A program made the translations under genes and the position numbers. A stretch of DNA of 64,000 nucleotides from Octopus sinensis (lineage: Eukaryota): the NCBI RefSeq assembly GCF_006345805.1, contig NC_043001.1:42594001-42658000 (forward strand), written 5' to 3'. The notes below the pieces were generated by a model. That model did not search any database, was not told the DNA's origin, and saw only the letters and a list, made by a program, of their open reading frames with translations. Below are positions 11,008 through 22,731 of this stretch, in pieces; position 1 is the stretch's first letter; the number at the start of each line of letters is the position of its first letter.

Positions 11008-12770
11008 CTACCTCACCAGCAAATGACAACAACCTTCTCTTCATGGACATATTGAACAGCATCCAGGTGGCTTCCATGGAGGTTATGGAGTTGATTTCCC
11101 AATGAGGAAGGAACCAAAGTGTTGGAGTTCTGGGATAGAAATGACTTTATGATCTGCAGTACTAACTTCAGGAAATCAGCCAGTCACCTATTCACCTATC
11201 CGTCTGGTGGACACACAAGCCAGATTGACTACATTCTCACCAGAAAGCTAAGGATAAATGATTGATGGGAGCTGTACAAGTGATGTACAGGGATGTTGTC
11301 AGTAAGGTAGGGATTGGTAATGAGTATAGCAATGAATTTAGTGTATAAGTAGGAGTTCACCAAGGACCAGTTCTCAGCCCCCTTCTTGTTTATCATAGTC
11401 CTCCAACTCATAAGAGAGGAATTCAAGACTGGTTGCCTTTGGGACCTCCTCTACACTGATGAACTTGTTCTTATAGCTTTATCACCACCTGAACTAAAGA
11501 GGAAATTTCAAGTGGGGAAGCAAAGACTGGAATTTAAGGGCCTCAGAGTAATTTAGCAAAAACCAAAGTCCTATTAAGTAGGAAAACAGACAATTCACAA
11601 ATCTATTCAGGGAGATGGCCCTGCTCAATGTCAGAAAGGTGTTGGTAGAAGTTCCATATGGTGTACCCTGTGAAAGCTATGGACACATAAAATGTGCTGT
11701 GCAGTGTTATCGCTGGAAGCTTAACAGAGAAAGCAGTTTTGTGCATGGCAGAGGTGCAGGTACAATAAACACCAAGAATATGCAGAGAATAGACTTTTTC
11801 AAATATCCAGGGACATCCTTAGAAGTAGTAGATAGCTTTTGATGCCTAAGTAACCAAGTTAGTAGTGGAGGTGGAAGTTCTGAAAGTTTAGTTGCAAGAA
11901 TAAGAATGGGCTGGGCAAAGTTCAAAGAGCTCTAACCTTTGTTGATAACAAAGGGCCTCTTCCACAGAGTGAAAGGCAAATTGTATGAAGTCTTTGCAAG
12001 TACAGCCATGTTGCATAGCAAGAAACACGGGCTGACTATTGAGGACATACAAATGCTTGAAAGAAATGAAGCCAGTATGCTCCACTGGATGGATAATGTC
12101 ATTGTGCACATACTACAGAATGTGAATGATTTAAGAGACAAATTGGGTATAACAGGTATCAGATGTTGCATGCAAGAGAGAAGACTGCACTTGTATGGCC
12201 ATATGATGTATATTGATGAGGACAGTGGCATCAAAAAGTGCCAATCTATGATTGTGGATGGGGTAGACCCAGGAAGACTTAGGACAAAGTGTTGAGAAAG
12301 TATCTTCAGATGTTGAGCTTCACTGTGGAGATGACAAGGGATTGAGACTTCTGATTATTTGCTGTGCTTGAGAAGATATGTCTAGCTATGTAAAATCACA
12401 GCCGTCCATACATACCTGTTTCAGTGTTGTGGAGAAAAACATCCATGCTGGGGCCACATTGTAAGCACTTGTGCTGGTGCCGCATTAGAAGCATTAATGC
12501 CAGCAGCACATTAAAAGCATGTGTGCCAGTGACATATTAGAAGCACTCATTCAAGCATCACATTGAAAACACTTGTGCTGGTGCCACGTTAAAAGGACTC
12601 ATGATGGCGCCATGTTATAAGCACTCATGCTGGTGTCACATTCAAAGCATTCATACTGGTGTCACATGGAAAACACCCAGCACACTCTATAAAGTAGTTG
12701 GTGTTAGGAAGGACATCCAGCTGCAGAAACCATGCCAAAACAGCATAGATGTTGAATTATGATTATAATG
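11008..12770 (+). mobile_element. RTE-type LINE remnant (APE end, internal deletion at ~11250, RT C-terminus, 3'UTR)
   Basis: HLFTYPSGGHTSQIDYILTRK, GVHQG.VLSP, KGKLYEVFASTAMLH..RRLHLYGH, tail ggaaggacatccagctgcagaaacc. Confidence 0.85.
12445..12690 (+). repeat. ~26-bp minisatellite in RTE 3'UTR (about 9-10 degenerate units)
   Basis: Repeated gtgctggtgccacattaaaagcact-like units. Confidence 0.75.
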
Positions 12771-12896
12771 ATGAGTGTCCTTGACTAGCTTCATCATTTT
12801 TATTTTCTCTTTAAAATTATTAAATTTTATCCCCACCAAGGGAAAACAGCAGGAAAGCTCCCAGGTTTTTCCTTACTAAATCCCAACAACAGTCTT

Positions 12897-13062
12897 AGGC
12901 ATGAGTGTGTGGTTACAAAGCTTAGTTCACAGACATGATTGTGAGTTCAATTACTGTGTAGTACCTTGAGGACTAAAGTTTTTTACTATAGCTTTGTGCC
13001 AACCAATGCCTTGTGACAGGAAGCAGTAGGTGGAAACTGAGAGGCAGCCTATTGTGTATATT
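12897..13062 (+). mobile_element. Major tRNA-derived SINE, 5' half, degenerate
   Basis: Homologous to 54442-54610. Confidence 0.65.
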
Positions 13063-13431
13063 TGTGTGCATGTGTATGTATTTGCTTGTATGTGCACATA
13101 TGTATGTGAATGATGTTCCACGTGTCCTCAAAATCATCTTAACAAAACGGTGTTTACCTTTACGATATCTGGAAAGTAAAAAATCTTCTAGTTTCAACTA
13201 TCAAAGTGTAAGTACCAGTGAAATGAAAAATATCTTACTCGGCAAAGCAGATAAGGGCTGGCAATGGGAACAGCATATGGCCATACCATATCTACCTCTC
13301 TCTGCTAATGTTATCTATCCCTTGCCAGTACAGAAATATGGGTGCGCAACCAAATGAATGAACAAACATCCAGTCAGCTCTCCTTAAGGAAAGAATGACC
13401 AGATAATTAGTGGAATTAGAGATAAAATATT

Positions 13432-13559
13432 TATTCTTTTACTTGTTTCAGTCATTTGACTTTTGCCCTGCTGGGGCACCACCTTCCAGAGTTTTAGTTG
13501 AAGAAATTGACCCCAGAACATATTCTTTTTAAGCCTAGTATTCTATCGGTCTCTTTTGC
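13432..13559 (-). mobile_element. Major SINE 3' half
   Basis: ttttacttgtttcagtcatttgac...attctatcggtctcttttgc matches 59744-59880. Confidence 0.8.
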
Positions 13560-14138
13560 TGGTCATCTTCTCTGGCCATAGTGCTGGTGCTGGGGTTGTT
13601 GGCACCAGTGCTGGTGTTTCTGCTGCTGTCGCTGCTTCTGATACCATCAATGTTGTTGGATGATCCAATCTGTTGCTACCATTACTGTGATCTCTAGGCC
13701 TGGGTATCACCCTCCCACTGACAGTCATTGTACATCTTGCAAGAACAATCTGCCTCCTCCTGTGTTTTATGGGTTTTTAGTTAATATATTTTTCATGTTG
13801 GGTGCACAACTAAAGGAGACCCTTAGGCTGTGCCTATTGAATAAATGTCCATATCTGTGTGTCTGTGTGAAGTGTTTGTCTACTAACCTGAGGAATATTC
13901 TTTCCACACACGTTAAGTGAGAAGGGTAGGGCAAACCAAATGATGTTTTGGTGGCACTTCCTTTTGTAGGTGTTAGAGCCTGGCATGTAGATGTCCTTAA
14001 ACCCATTGGATGCCAGTGCCTCATAGTAGGGGTCATCATTGTTGAAGATATCTTGACTTTAAGGATAGATTCAAGATCCTCTTGCTGACATCCTTCACTA
14101 GGTTCTTGAACATGATAGCAGGGTCACAGGAAGCTGTG
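13560..14138 (-). mobile_element. PLE fragment: RT thumb, CxC-type linker, start of GIY-YIG
   Basis: KNLVKDVSKRILNLS, IFLRLVDKHF..LFNRHSLRVSFSCAPNMKNI, CSCKMYNDCQWEG, VI-QA-EITV. Confidence 0.85.
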
Positions 14139-14905
14139 TTAACAGCAGCCACAGTATTATCACTGGACCCACATATCGTGATAACAGCACTAACAGCAGT
14201 CCCAACAACACTAGTGGCAACAACAACATCCCCAGGTCTGGAGCCAACCGAAGATGCACCCGTAATGTGAGTACAGCCAACACCCAAGCTTGGAAATATA
14301 TCGTGTCAGCCAGGACAGCTTCAAGCAATGCCTGTTCAACCACAGGTCCTCCTTCAGGGTTCCAGGAAGACAATTCATCACATTCCTGGCCAGCCATGTA
14401 TGGTACCTCAAAAATAAAGGGACCCCATATAATATCAAGTGGAAGATCTTAGAGTAGCTAGGGCCCTACATCAACAGGAGTGTACACCGCAAGCTTTGCA
14501 TAGCTGGGCAAGCAAAGTTACTCAAAGACTCCCTGAAAGCTGGATCACTGAATACTCATCAAGAAAATTTCAGCCCCTGGACCCATTCCAAGCATTATCA
14601 GCAGCAAGCATAGGATTCCCTGTTGTCTGACAAAGCCGAGAAGGGTCCTTATGGTCCAGAAGCAGCCCAAGGGATAAATCTCGTTTCCCCATCTCCCAGC
14701 CCACAAATAACTTATTTAAGGGAGATAACGTGTCCTTATTGACACCAGATGATCAAAGAATAGTCTATTGTTTGATGATCAATTGACCAAATGACTGTAA
14801 CAGATTTCTGCCTCCCAGACGTGAAGAGTTACAATTGCCTTCAGCTAAATCCTTTATGGATATGAAACCATTGGTCACTCTATGACCAGACATTAATTCT
14901 ATTAC
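14139..14905 (+). mobile_element. PLE fragment: GIY-YIG C-terminal half plus pseudo-LTR with HHR remnants
   Basis: WKYIVSA, FKQCLFNHRSSFR, LASHVWYLKNKGTPYNIKWKIL; cctttatggatatgaaaccattggtc at 14851-14876. Confidence 0.85.
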
Positions 14906-14991
14906 TTTAATATGTCCTGCGTTGCTGTGTTTTTTTCTCTTTTTTTCTGTGTTTTCTTGTTTGGATTAACTATATATATATATATATATAT

Positions 14992-15061
14992 AACTTAAAC
15001 AAAAATTCTTATAATTATGAGTATAATTATACTCATAATTATAAGAATTTTTGTTTAAGTT
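14992..15061. repeat. Perfect 70-bp spacerless AT-rich palindrome
   Basis: aacttaaacaaaaattcttataattatgagtataa followed by ttatactcataattataagaatttttgtttaagtt, checked base by base. Confidence 0.95.
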
Positions 15062-15165
15062 TTACCAATAATGGTTCTTTTAACAAACTGAACTACTTGG
15101 TAAAATTATTAACTAATTAATTTTACCCTTTATTATTATTGATAATATATATATATAAAAAAATA

Positions 15166-15311
15166 TATACATGCGACGGGCTCCTTTCAGTTTCCATCTA
15201 CCAAATCCACTGACAAGACTTTGGTTGCCCATGGTGCCATGCAATGCACCTGAACCTGAAACTATGTGGTTGAAAAACCAGCTTCTTATCACATAGCCAT
15301 GCTTGTGCCTA
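15166..15311 (-). mobile_element. Major SINE 5' half, internally deleted
   Basis: gacgggctcctttcagtttccatctaccaaatccac...cacatagccatgcttgtgcc. Confidence 0.75.
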
Positions 15312-15694
15312 TTTGCAAACAGTTCTGTAAAAACTGATCTCCTAACTGAGTGTATTAGTTAAAAATAAATGTAGTGGTTATAACATTATTGCATAAAAGC
15401 AGTGTGTTCATACCTATTTGTCAACAGCTAGAATTTTTCTCCATGACAAACTGCAGTGAATGACTTTCTTACATGTTCAAATATGTCTCAAACATATTTG
15501 AAACAATATGTTTTTATAATTATAATTAGTGTTATATTAAATGGATAGTTGTTTTTTCAGTGGTTTTCATCATGAAATTTAGAATTTAAAGATATTTATA
15601 ATAACTAATAAATTTTATTTGCAAATGAGTGTGATACTGAGTCTGTTGTAGGCAGCAAACAGCTTCCTAATCTCCAAGTAGTGAATTGAAAATA

Positions 15695-15975
15695 AAAAGC
15701 AGTGATGGTAGCAGTGACAGCTATAATGGTAGTGGTGGTGGTGGTGGAGGCAGTGGCAGAAATGATGATGATGAGAATGGTGTTGGTGATGGTGTTGTTC
15801 TTCTTAGTGGTGGTGGTGGAGGTGGTTGCATTTGTGGTGGCACTAGTGGTGGGAGCAGTGGTGAGAGCAGCAGTGATGGTAGTGGTTTCAGTATGAGTTG
15901 AGGCGGTGGCAGCAGCAGCAGTGTTGGTATGGCTGCTGCTGCTGATGATAATGATGATGATGATGATAATGAGAG
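15695..15975. repeat. (GGT/GAT/GCA)n trinucleotide low-complexity tract
   Basis: Direct inspection. Confidence 0.9.
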
Positions 15976-16395
15976 TAGAGCAAGGTGGGTTTACAAAATG
16001 TAACTAGATTTTGACCTCATTGCAACAACAATTGCTGATAAGGTCATTGACAGCAATCAGAATCCTTTAATGTCATGTACATGGCTCATGAACAATACCA
16101 ATATAAAAATGATATAGTGATAAGATTAAAATGCGTTGCTTTGAGGGTAACATATCAAGTGGCAGATATTGAAAGTTTATCTTTAAAAAAGACTTAAATT
16201 TTGGTTATAAAAATAGTGCAGAAGAACCTTTTGTTCCCAAAATACACCAAGTTAGTAATATCAGAAATTTTGGCATTAATATAAGAAGAAACATGATAAG
16301 GAATATACAAGGCAGTGCTCCAGCATTGCCACAGTCTAATGACTGAATCAACTAAAATGTAAAAAGTAAACACACACACACACACACACACAGAG

Positions 16396-16610
16396 AAAGG
16401 GATGCTGAAAAATTCCTGGCTTTAGGTAAAAGAATATACAAGAAGATCAGTTAATTATGATTTTATCCAACATATCCCCCTTCTCAGATTCACACACATT
16501 GCTGCAGTCCTTCAGTTTTTCTAAGCCTTGTGAAATAACTCAGAAGGATGGGTCTCCAACCAGACCTCTCACAACACCCTTAAAGCCAGGAACTTTTCAG
16601 CACACCCTCA
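16396..16610. mobile_element. Mariner-derived MITE
   Basis: TIRs aggg(a/tg)tgctgaaaa(a/g)ttcctggcttta at both ends, TA on the right, no coding capacity. Confidence 0.8.
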
Positions 16611-17080
16611 TATATTTATTTATTTATGAAACTGTAACAAGAAGAGGGGTGACAGTGACTTTGAAGTTTCAGATTTTGGTGGGCTGTCTAATAGGCTGAA
16701 ATATTAAGTACAATGTACATCCATATAAGAGATCCTCACAAAATAAATAAGTTGGGTATAAAGATTGCCTCTTAGTATTTATATTGCTTCTGTCACTTAT
16801 AATAACTTTTTTAATTAGCCTGTTGACTATTTATGAGATCAATGCCCAAAGCACTAAAATTCTACATATTGTTGGCAGTTAGGTTTGGTAGGTATGTAGG
16901 TAGCTACCAGATATCTACCACTGAGGAAACAGGGTGTGTTGAAATCCTGATCTAGCTGTTCTGGTGCCTGTAGTAGACTATTCTTGTCTGCCAATGATAT
17001 AAATACATGTGCTTTTATGCACCCATATGAGAGGTTCTCACAAGCTTCATAATGTAGTATTTAGTTTTCTATATATTAAG

Positions 17081-17212
17081 GTGATTAGCATGCCGGGTGA
17101 AATGCTTAGCCATATTTCGTCTGTCTTTACATTCTCAGTTCAAATTCCACCGAGGTCGACTTTGCCTTTCATCATTCCAGGGTCAATAGATTAAGTATCA
17201 GTTGCATACTGG
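17081..17212 (+). mobile_element. Second tRNA-derived SINE family (gaggtcgactttgcctttcatcc central domain)
   Basis: B box agttcaaattcc plus conserved central domain; other copies 34128-34300 (-), 41862-42045 (+), 42058-42160 (+), 51585-51750 (+). Confidence 0.75.
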
Positions 17213-17231
17213 GGGGGGGGGGCAATCTATA

Positions 17232-17263
17232 TACATGGAAAGCGGACGTTAAACGACGATGAT
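17232..17263 (+). mobile_element. Ultra-short RTE 3' terminus inside (TA)n
   Basis: catggaaagcggacgttaaacgacgatgat is near-identical to the 2664-2695 terminus. Confidence 0.75.
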
Positions 17264-17333
17264 ATGTATATATATATACACACATATATATACATATGTA
17301 TATATATATATGTATGTATGTATATATGTATAC

Positions 17334-17422
<89 letters not shown>

Positions 17423-17432
17423 ATTATATATA

Positions 17433-17474
<42 letters not shown>

Positions 17475-17505
17475 ATTTATATATATATATATATATAATA
17501 TAATT

Positions 17506-17537
<32 letters not shown>

Positions 17538-17748
17538 ATATATTATATATATATATATATTATATAAAAGGCTTAGTAAAATAAATTACTTTGCCGCATA
17601 CTGAACTCATTAGAAATAGTAGCTAAAAAAACTTTTTTAAAACTATTTCTAATACTTAAAGAAAACCTCTCTCATATAGTGTTTGCTCAATTCAACTCAC
17701 GAAAGTATGGGGGTAAAGACATTAAAAAATCAATATATATATATAATA

Positions 17749-17842
<94 letters not shown>

Positions 17843-17875
17843 TGCACATACTTACATCTATACATATATATATGC
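17264..17875. repeat. Interrupted (TA)n microsatellite blocks
   Basis: Direct inspection (17264-17565, 17715-17875). Confidence 0.95.
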
Positions 17876-17995
17876 ATATGTGGGCACAGGACGTCACGAA
17901 ACATGTACAACAAAAAAATACGAAGTACGAGTACATGGAATATGATCTATTTTTTCGAACAACGAAAGACACAAATGGAAAACAAGACAAACAAC
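17876..17995 (-). mobile_element. PLE-like terminal sequence abutting (TA)n
   Basis: atatgtgggcacaggacgtcac is homologous to atatgggtacaggatgtcac at 59166; PLE identity is inferred. Confidence 0.4.
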
Positions 17996-18014
17996 ATAAC
18001 CTATACACCTGTCA

Positions 18015-18715
18015 CCAGTCCAATAATAAAGAAAAGGAAACATAGGAACTATCTGGTTCACACCCCACTATTCCCCCAAAGTGAACTTTAATATAGGTAT
18101 TTCTTAGCACTGATAGACATTTTCCAGTCAATCATAGTTACAGAAAGCTCTTCAAAAGACATAACTTAAAAATCAGTTTCATCTCAACAACTAATTTAAA
18201 AAATATAATCACACACAACACACAAAAACCCCAAAATGAAACCAGCTGTTCATGCAGGGATAAAAATTTGTGCCCGCTTAATGGAGCTTGCATGTCCGAG
18301 ACCATCATTTTTGAAGCCACCGTAGACTCTACAACCACTAAGGACACAGTTTTGACAAAGAAATATGTGGTCCTTACAGAAGGGAATTTTAAGGCCAGGC
18401 TCAACAATCACACCTTGAGCTTCAGGCACTAGGATAAAAGGTAAACGACCAAATTATCCAGTCATATATGGTCCTTAAAAGATAAAGGTGCCAGTTACAA
18501 CATCTATTGGAAGATCTTAGCTGAGTGTAAGCCTTACACCAATGGCAGTGGAAAGTGTGGTCTTTGTGATATGGAAAGATGGCTCATCTGGAAAAGCAGC
18601 TTAGACCCTGCTACATGTCTAAATTCAAGAACTGAACTTTTTGGATCATGTCCATATATGGCTAAATATTTGTTACGTTTTTGGTCCCCCCAAGATCATA
18701 GAACCTACTTTTTAT
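18015..18715 (+). mobile_element. PLE 3' coding fragment with CxC linker and complete GIY-YIG domain (pseudogene)
   Basis: WFTPHYSPKVNFNIG, CSCRDKNLCPLNGAC, IIFEATV..KYVVLTEGNFKARLNNH, YNIYWKIL..CGLC..LNSRTELFGSC. Confidence 0.9.
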
Positions 18716-18904
18716 ATTGTGTCCAAGTACAAGCATTTTCTCTCTATACTTTTTATATATATATATTTTTACATATTTATAGATATATTTTAATATTTTT
18801 TTGCTTTATATATTTTTATACATTTTTTTCTGTATTTTACCTTTCACCCTGCATTTTTCTTGTGTATGTGCATATATAGACATGTATAGTGTTTAAAAAT
18901 ATAG

Positions 18905-19005
18905 TTTAAAACATTATCGAAAAATTTCTAGCCTCTCCTCCAATACGGACATTTTTAATAGCATTGCCCCAGTATATGATAATGCTCTAAAAGATAGTGG
19001 ATTTA
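18905..19005 (+). mobile_element. PLE RT-thumb fragment
   Basis: RKISSLSSNTDIFNSIAPVYDNALKDSGF. Confidence 0.75.
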
Positions 19006-19061
19006 CCATAATCATGTGGGATATTGGTGTACAGGTTCACCAATATCCCACATGATTATGG
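19006..19061. repeat. 24-bp perfect inverted repeat with 8-nt spacer at a PLE RT 5' breakpoint
   Basis: ccataatcatgtgggatattggtg / caccaatatcccacatgattatgg; encodes TNIPHD. Confidence 0.9.
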
Positions 19062-19526
19062 CTAGAAAAATACCCAGAAGAGATCCCAGGATGCATCAAC
19101 CACAGATTCATAATCACAGCACTCAAATTCATCCTACTGAACTATTTCATGTTCAATACAGTTTACTATCGACAAAAGTGTGGAATTGCAATGGGAACCC
19201 GAGCTGCCCCAGTGATTGCGAACCTTGTAATGGGTTACCTAGAACTTAAAATATACCAATCATCACTACAAAAATATGGCACCTCATTTCATTGCTATTT
19301 AAAGGAGAACTGGAAGAGGTATTTGGACGATTGCTTTATACTTTGGAAAAATAGCATGAACAAATTCCTCAATTTCAAAATAATGCTCAACAATATCAAT
19401 AGCAACATACTATTCACCATGGAGCACAGCAATAAGCAACTCACTTTTCTTGACATCCTAATTAAAATAGTCAATAACCACGTCGAAACAGATGTCTTCT
19501 ATAAGCCCACAGATTCAAAACAATAC
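19038..19526 (+). mobile_element. PLE reverse transcriptase core fragment (Neptune/Poseidon-like)
   Basis: TNIPHD, GIAMGTRAAPVIANL, WKRYLDDCF, LTFLDI, VFYKPTDSKQY. Confidence 0.92.
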
Positions 19527-22500
19527 AGCATAATAACAGCATAATAACAGCAAATATCCAGGGTCTTTATCCGAAAACAAAACAGTGTAAAGTCCCTTTC
19601 TTGGAAGAATTAGCAACAAAAAACAACTCCAAAATAATTGGAATTACTGAAAGTCATCTCAACGAAAACATCCGCAACAGCGAAATCACAATCAATAGAT
19701 TCAACATCTTCAGATGTGATAGACAAGGCAGATCCCATGGGGGCGTTATCATGTATATCCATGATACCTATGCATGCATAGAACTTGTCAATGAATCAAA
19801 TGCCGACTGCAACCTGCTGTGCATAAAAATCATCCAACTTAACACAGTTGTAACAATAATGTACAGACTGCCAAACAGCCCAACATTATCCTTCACTGAG
19901 CCACTGACAAAGTTCCAACAAATTCTGGGAAACATGGCGAGTCCAATGCCAGACATTATCCTCCTTGGTGACTTCAACTTCCCTAACATCATCTGGCCAC
20001 ATGGACACATACTAAAACTGGGGACAAAAGCTGAACAAATACAGGCAGCCAAACTGTTGGAAGTCACAGAGAAATTATACCTCAAACAAATGACAGAAGC
20101 AACAAGAAATAATAATACAATCGACTTGGTTTTCACCAACAACGAGGACACGCTATTTGACCTTCACTCAACCCCAACAATCCTTTCAGACCACAATATT
20201 ATTGAAATGCATTTACACATTGGTAATGAGCCCAATGCCACAACTCTTAAACAAAAGGACATGCCAAAGCTATGCAGGTATGATTATCACCAGGCAAATT
20301 GGGAAACTATTAACAACCAGTTACAAATCATTGACTGGGATCTCTACCTTACTGGGCCAGATAAACACAAGAAATTCTTAAACAAGATCGAAGAAATATG
20401 TGCAAAAAATATTCCTCTAAAGAAAACCAAGTCCACAAAAAAACCTGTACCACGGGAGCGAAAGATCCTGATGCGCAAAAGGTCAAGACTAAGAAACAAA
20501 ACATCTAAGCTGACATCAAAACATGAATTACAGAAAGTCCTTGACCAAATATACAGATTAGAAGACAATCTAAAACAACACTATGATGAAGAACGTAACA
20601 ATGCAGAAAAGAGAGCCATAGAAAACATCAAGAAAAATCCAAAATGTTTCTACAGTTTTGCAAAGAAATACTCGAATACCAAGTCAACAATAGGACCTCT
20701 CCAGAGACAAAATGGGGATGTAGTGAATAACCCTATTGAAATGGCAGAAATGTTGGGTCAACAGTATGAAAGTGTCTTCAGTGAGCCATCTAAAACCATG
20801 AAGATCCATGACCCAGGAAAATTCTTCAAGGATATCGACCATACTAAACCTACCCTATCCGACATTGATTTCAACCCAGAAGACATAGAAAGAGCCATAG
20901 ACAAGCTCTCCATGCACTCGGCTGCAGGGCCTGACGGTTTCAATGCCATTATACTTAAAAACTGCAAGGTACAATTGTTGAAACCCCTTTACATGATATG
21001 GAGGGAATCTATGGAGAATGGCAAAATACCAAATACATATAAAGAAGCACACATAACTCCAATACATAAGAGGACAGCAAATCAAAACCAAAGAACTACC
21101 GACCAATCTCACTGACATCACACATTATCAAGGTCTTCGAAAGAATAGTTCGTGGAAAACTGGTTGAGTTCCTGGAATCCAACAATCTGATGAATTGCAA
21201 CCAGCATGGATTCAGGTTAGGTAGATCATGTCTTTCCCAACTACTGGCACACCATGACCAAATCCTAGAAAATCTAGAGAATGGATACAACACAGATGTT
21301 ATTTACCTCGACTTTGCCAAGGCATTTGACAAGGTAGATCATGGCATCCTGGGTCACAAACTTCGAAAGCTAGGAGTAGGAGGAAAAGTTGGTACATGGA
21401 TACATGAGTTCCTTACAAATAGAACTCAAACAGTCACTGTGAATGGAACCCATTCAACACCATCACCTGTGACCAGCAGTGTTCCTCAGGGTACAGTACT
21501 CGGCCCAATCCTGTTTCTCATCCTCATCTCTGACATAGATGAAGATACAACCAGCAACGTCTCATCCTTTGCTGATGACACCAGGGTCATGAGACAAATC
21601 AAAGACGAGGTGGATACAGAGGCCTTACAAAAGGACCTGACCACCATATATAAATGGCAGGAAACAAACAACATGTTGTTCAATGATAAGAAGTTTTAAC
21701 TAATTCGCTACGGAACAGATCAAGATCTGAAAAATACAACAAACTACAGAAACCCATCAGGACAACAAATAATGGAAAAACAGTATGTGAAAGATTTAGG
21801 CATCCACATGGGAACCAACCTAAAATTCAGAGAACACCTTGACTCAGTCTGTCTTACTGCAAGAAAGTACAGCGGGTGGATCTTGCGCACCTTCAAATCA
21901 AGAGATACCTCAACAATGAAAACCCTCTGGAACAGTATGATACTTCCGAGGATTGACTACTGTTCTCAGTTGTGGTCACCAACAACAAAGGGCCAACTAT
22001 CTAAGATGGAATCGCTCCAAAGAAATTTTACCTCATACTTCTCAGAAACGAGGGACCTGGACTATTGGCAAAGACTCAAAACCTTGAGGATGTACTCAAT
22101 AGAAAGAAGATTTGAGCGATACCGAATTATATACATTTGGAAAATGATAGAGCAAAAGGTGCCAAACTTTGGTATCAAAACCTACCACTCACTGCACCAC
22201 GGAAGACGCTGCCAGCTACCACCAATCAACAAAACGGCTGGCCAGGCAGCAAAAACCCTGTGAGAATCAAGTCTGTTGGTTCGAGGAGCACAACTATTCA
22301 ACTCCATTCCGGTACATGTCAGAAATCTATCTGGATGCAGTGTGGAATCATTCAAATTGCAGCTGGATAGATACTTAAGCACCATTAGAGATGAACCCCA
22401 TCTCTCAGGATATACACAATGAGCACAAACTGACTCAAACTCGCTCCTACACATGTCAAAATTAAACAGAGAATACAACCTGGTAACCACACCAGACTCT

Positions 22501-22567
22501 GAGGGTGGAGTCTTCGACTTGGCCTGAGCATGGACTCAAACTCAAATGAAATGAAATGAAATGAAAT
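19527..22567 (+). mobile_element. Young CR1/L2-group APE-RT LINE, ORF2 19538-22527 with four lesions, (AAATG)n tail
   Basis: APE motifs TANIQGL, ITESHL, GDFNFP, TIDLVF, SDHN; RT motifs YLDFAKAFDKVDH, VPQGTVLGP, FADDT; frameshift ~21070, TAA 21697, TGA 22261, TGA 22420; exact clade uncertain. Confidence 0.93.
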
Positions 22568-22568
22568 A

Positions 22569-22731
22569 CAGGAGTGGCTGTGTGGTAAGTAGCTTGCTTA
22601 CCAACCACATGGTTCCGGGTTCAGTCCCACTGTGTGGCATCTTGGGAAAGTGTCTTCTGCTATAGCCCCAGGCCGACCAATGCCTTGTGAATGGATTTGG
22701 TAGACGTAAACTGAAAGAAGCCTGTCGTATA
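22569..22731 (+). mobile_element. Major SINE 5' half
   Basis: caggagtggctgtgtggtaagtagc...gaaagaagcctgtcgtatat. Confidence 0.9.

Noticed and set aside
22261-22422. In-frame TGA codons as selenocysteine recoding
   Set aside because: They fall at positions best explained as CGA (Arg) to TGA CpG decay, and the ORF also has a TAA and a frameshift. PLE stops here are not TGA at conserved Cys.
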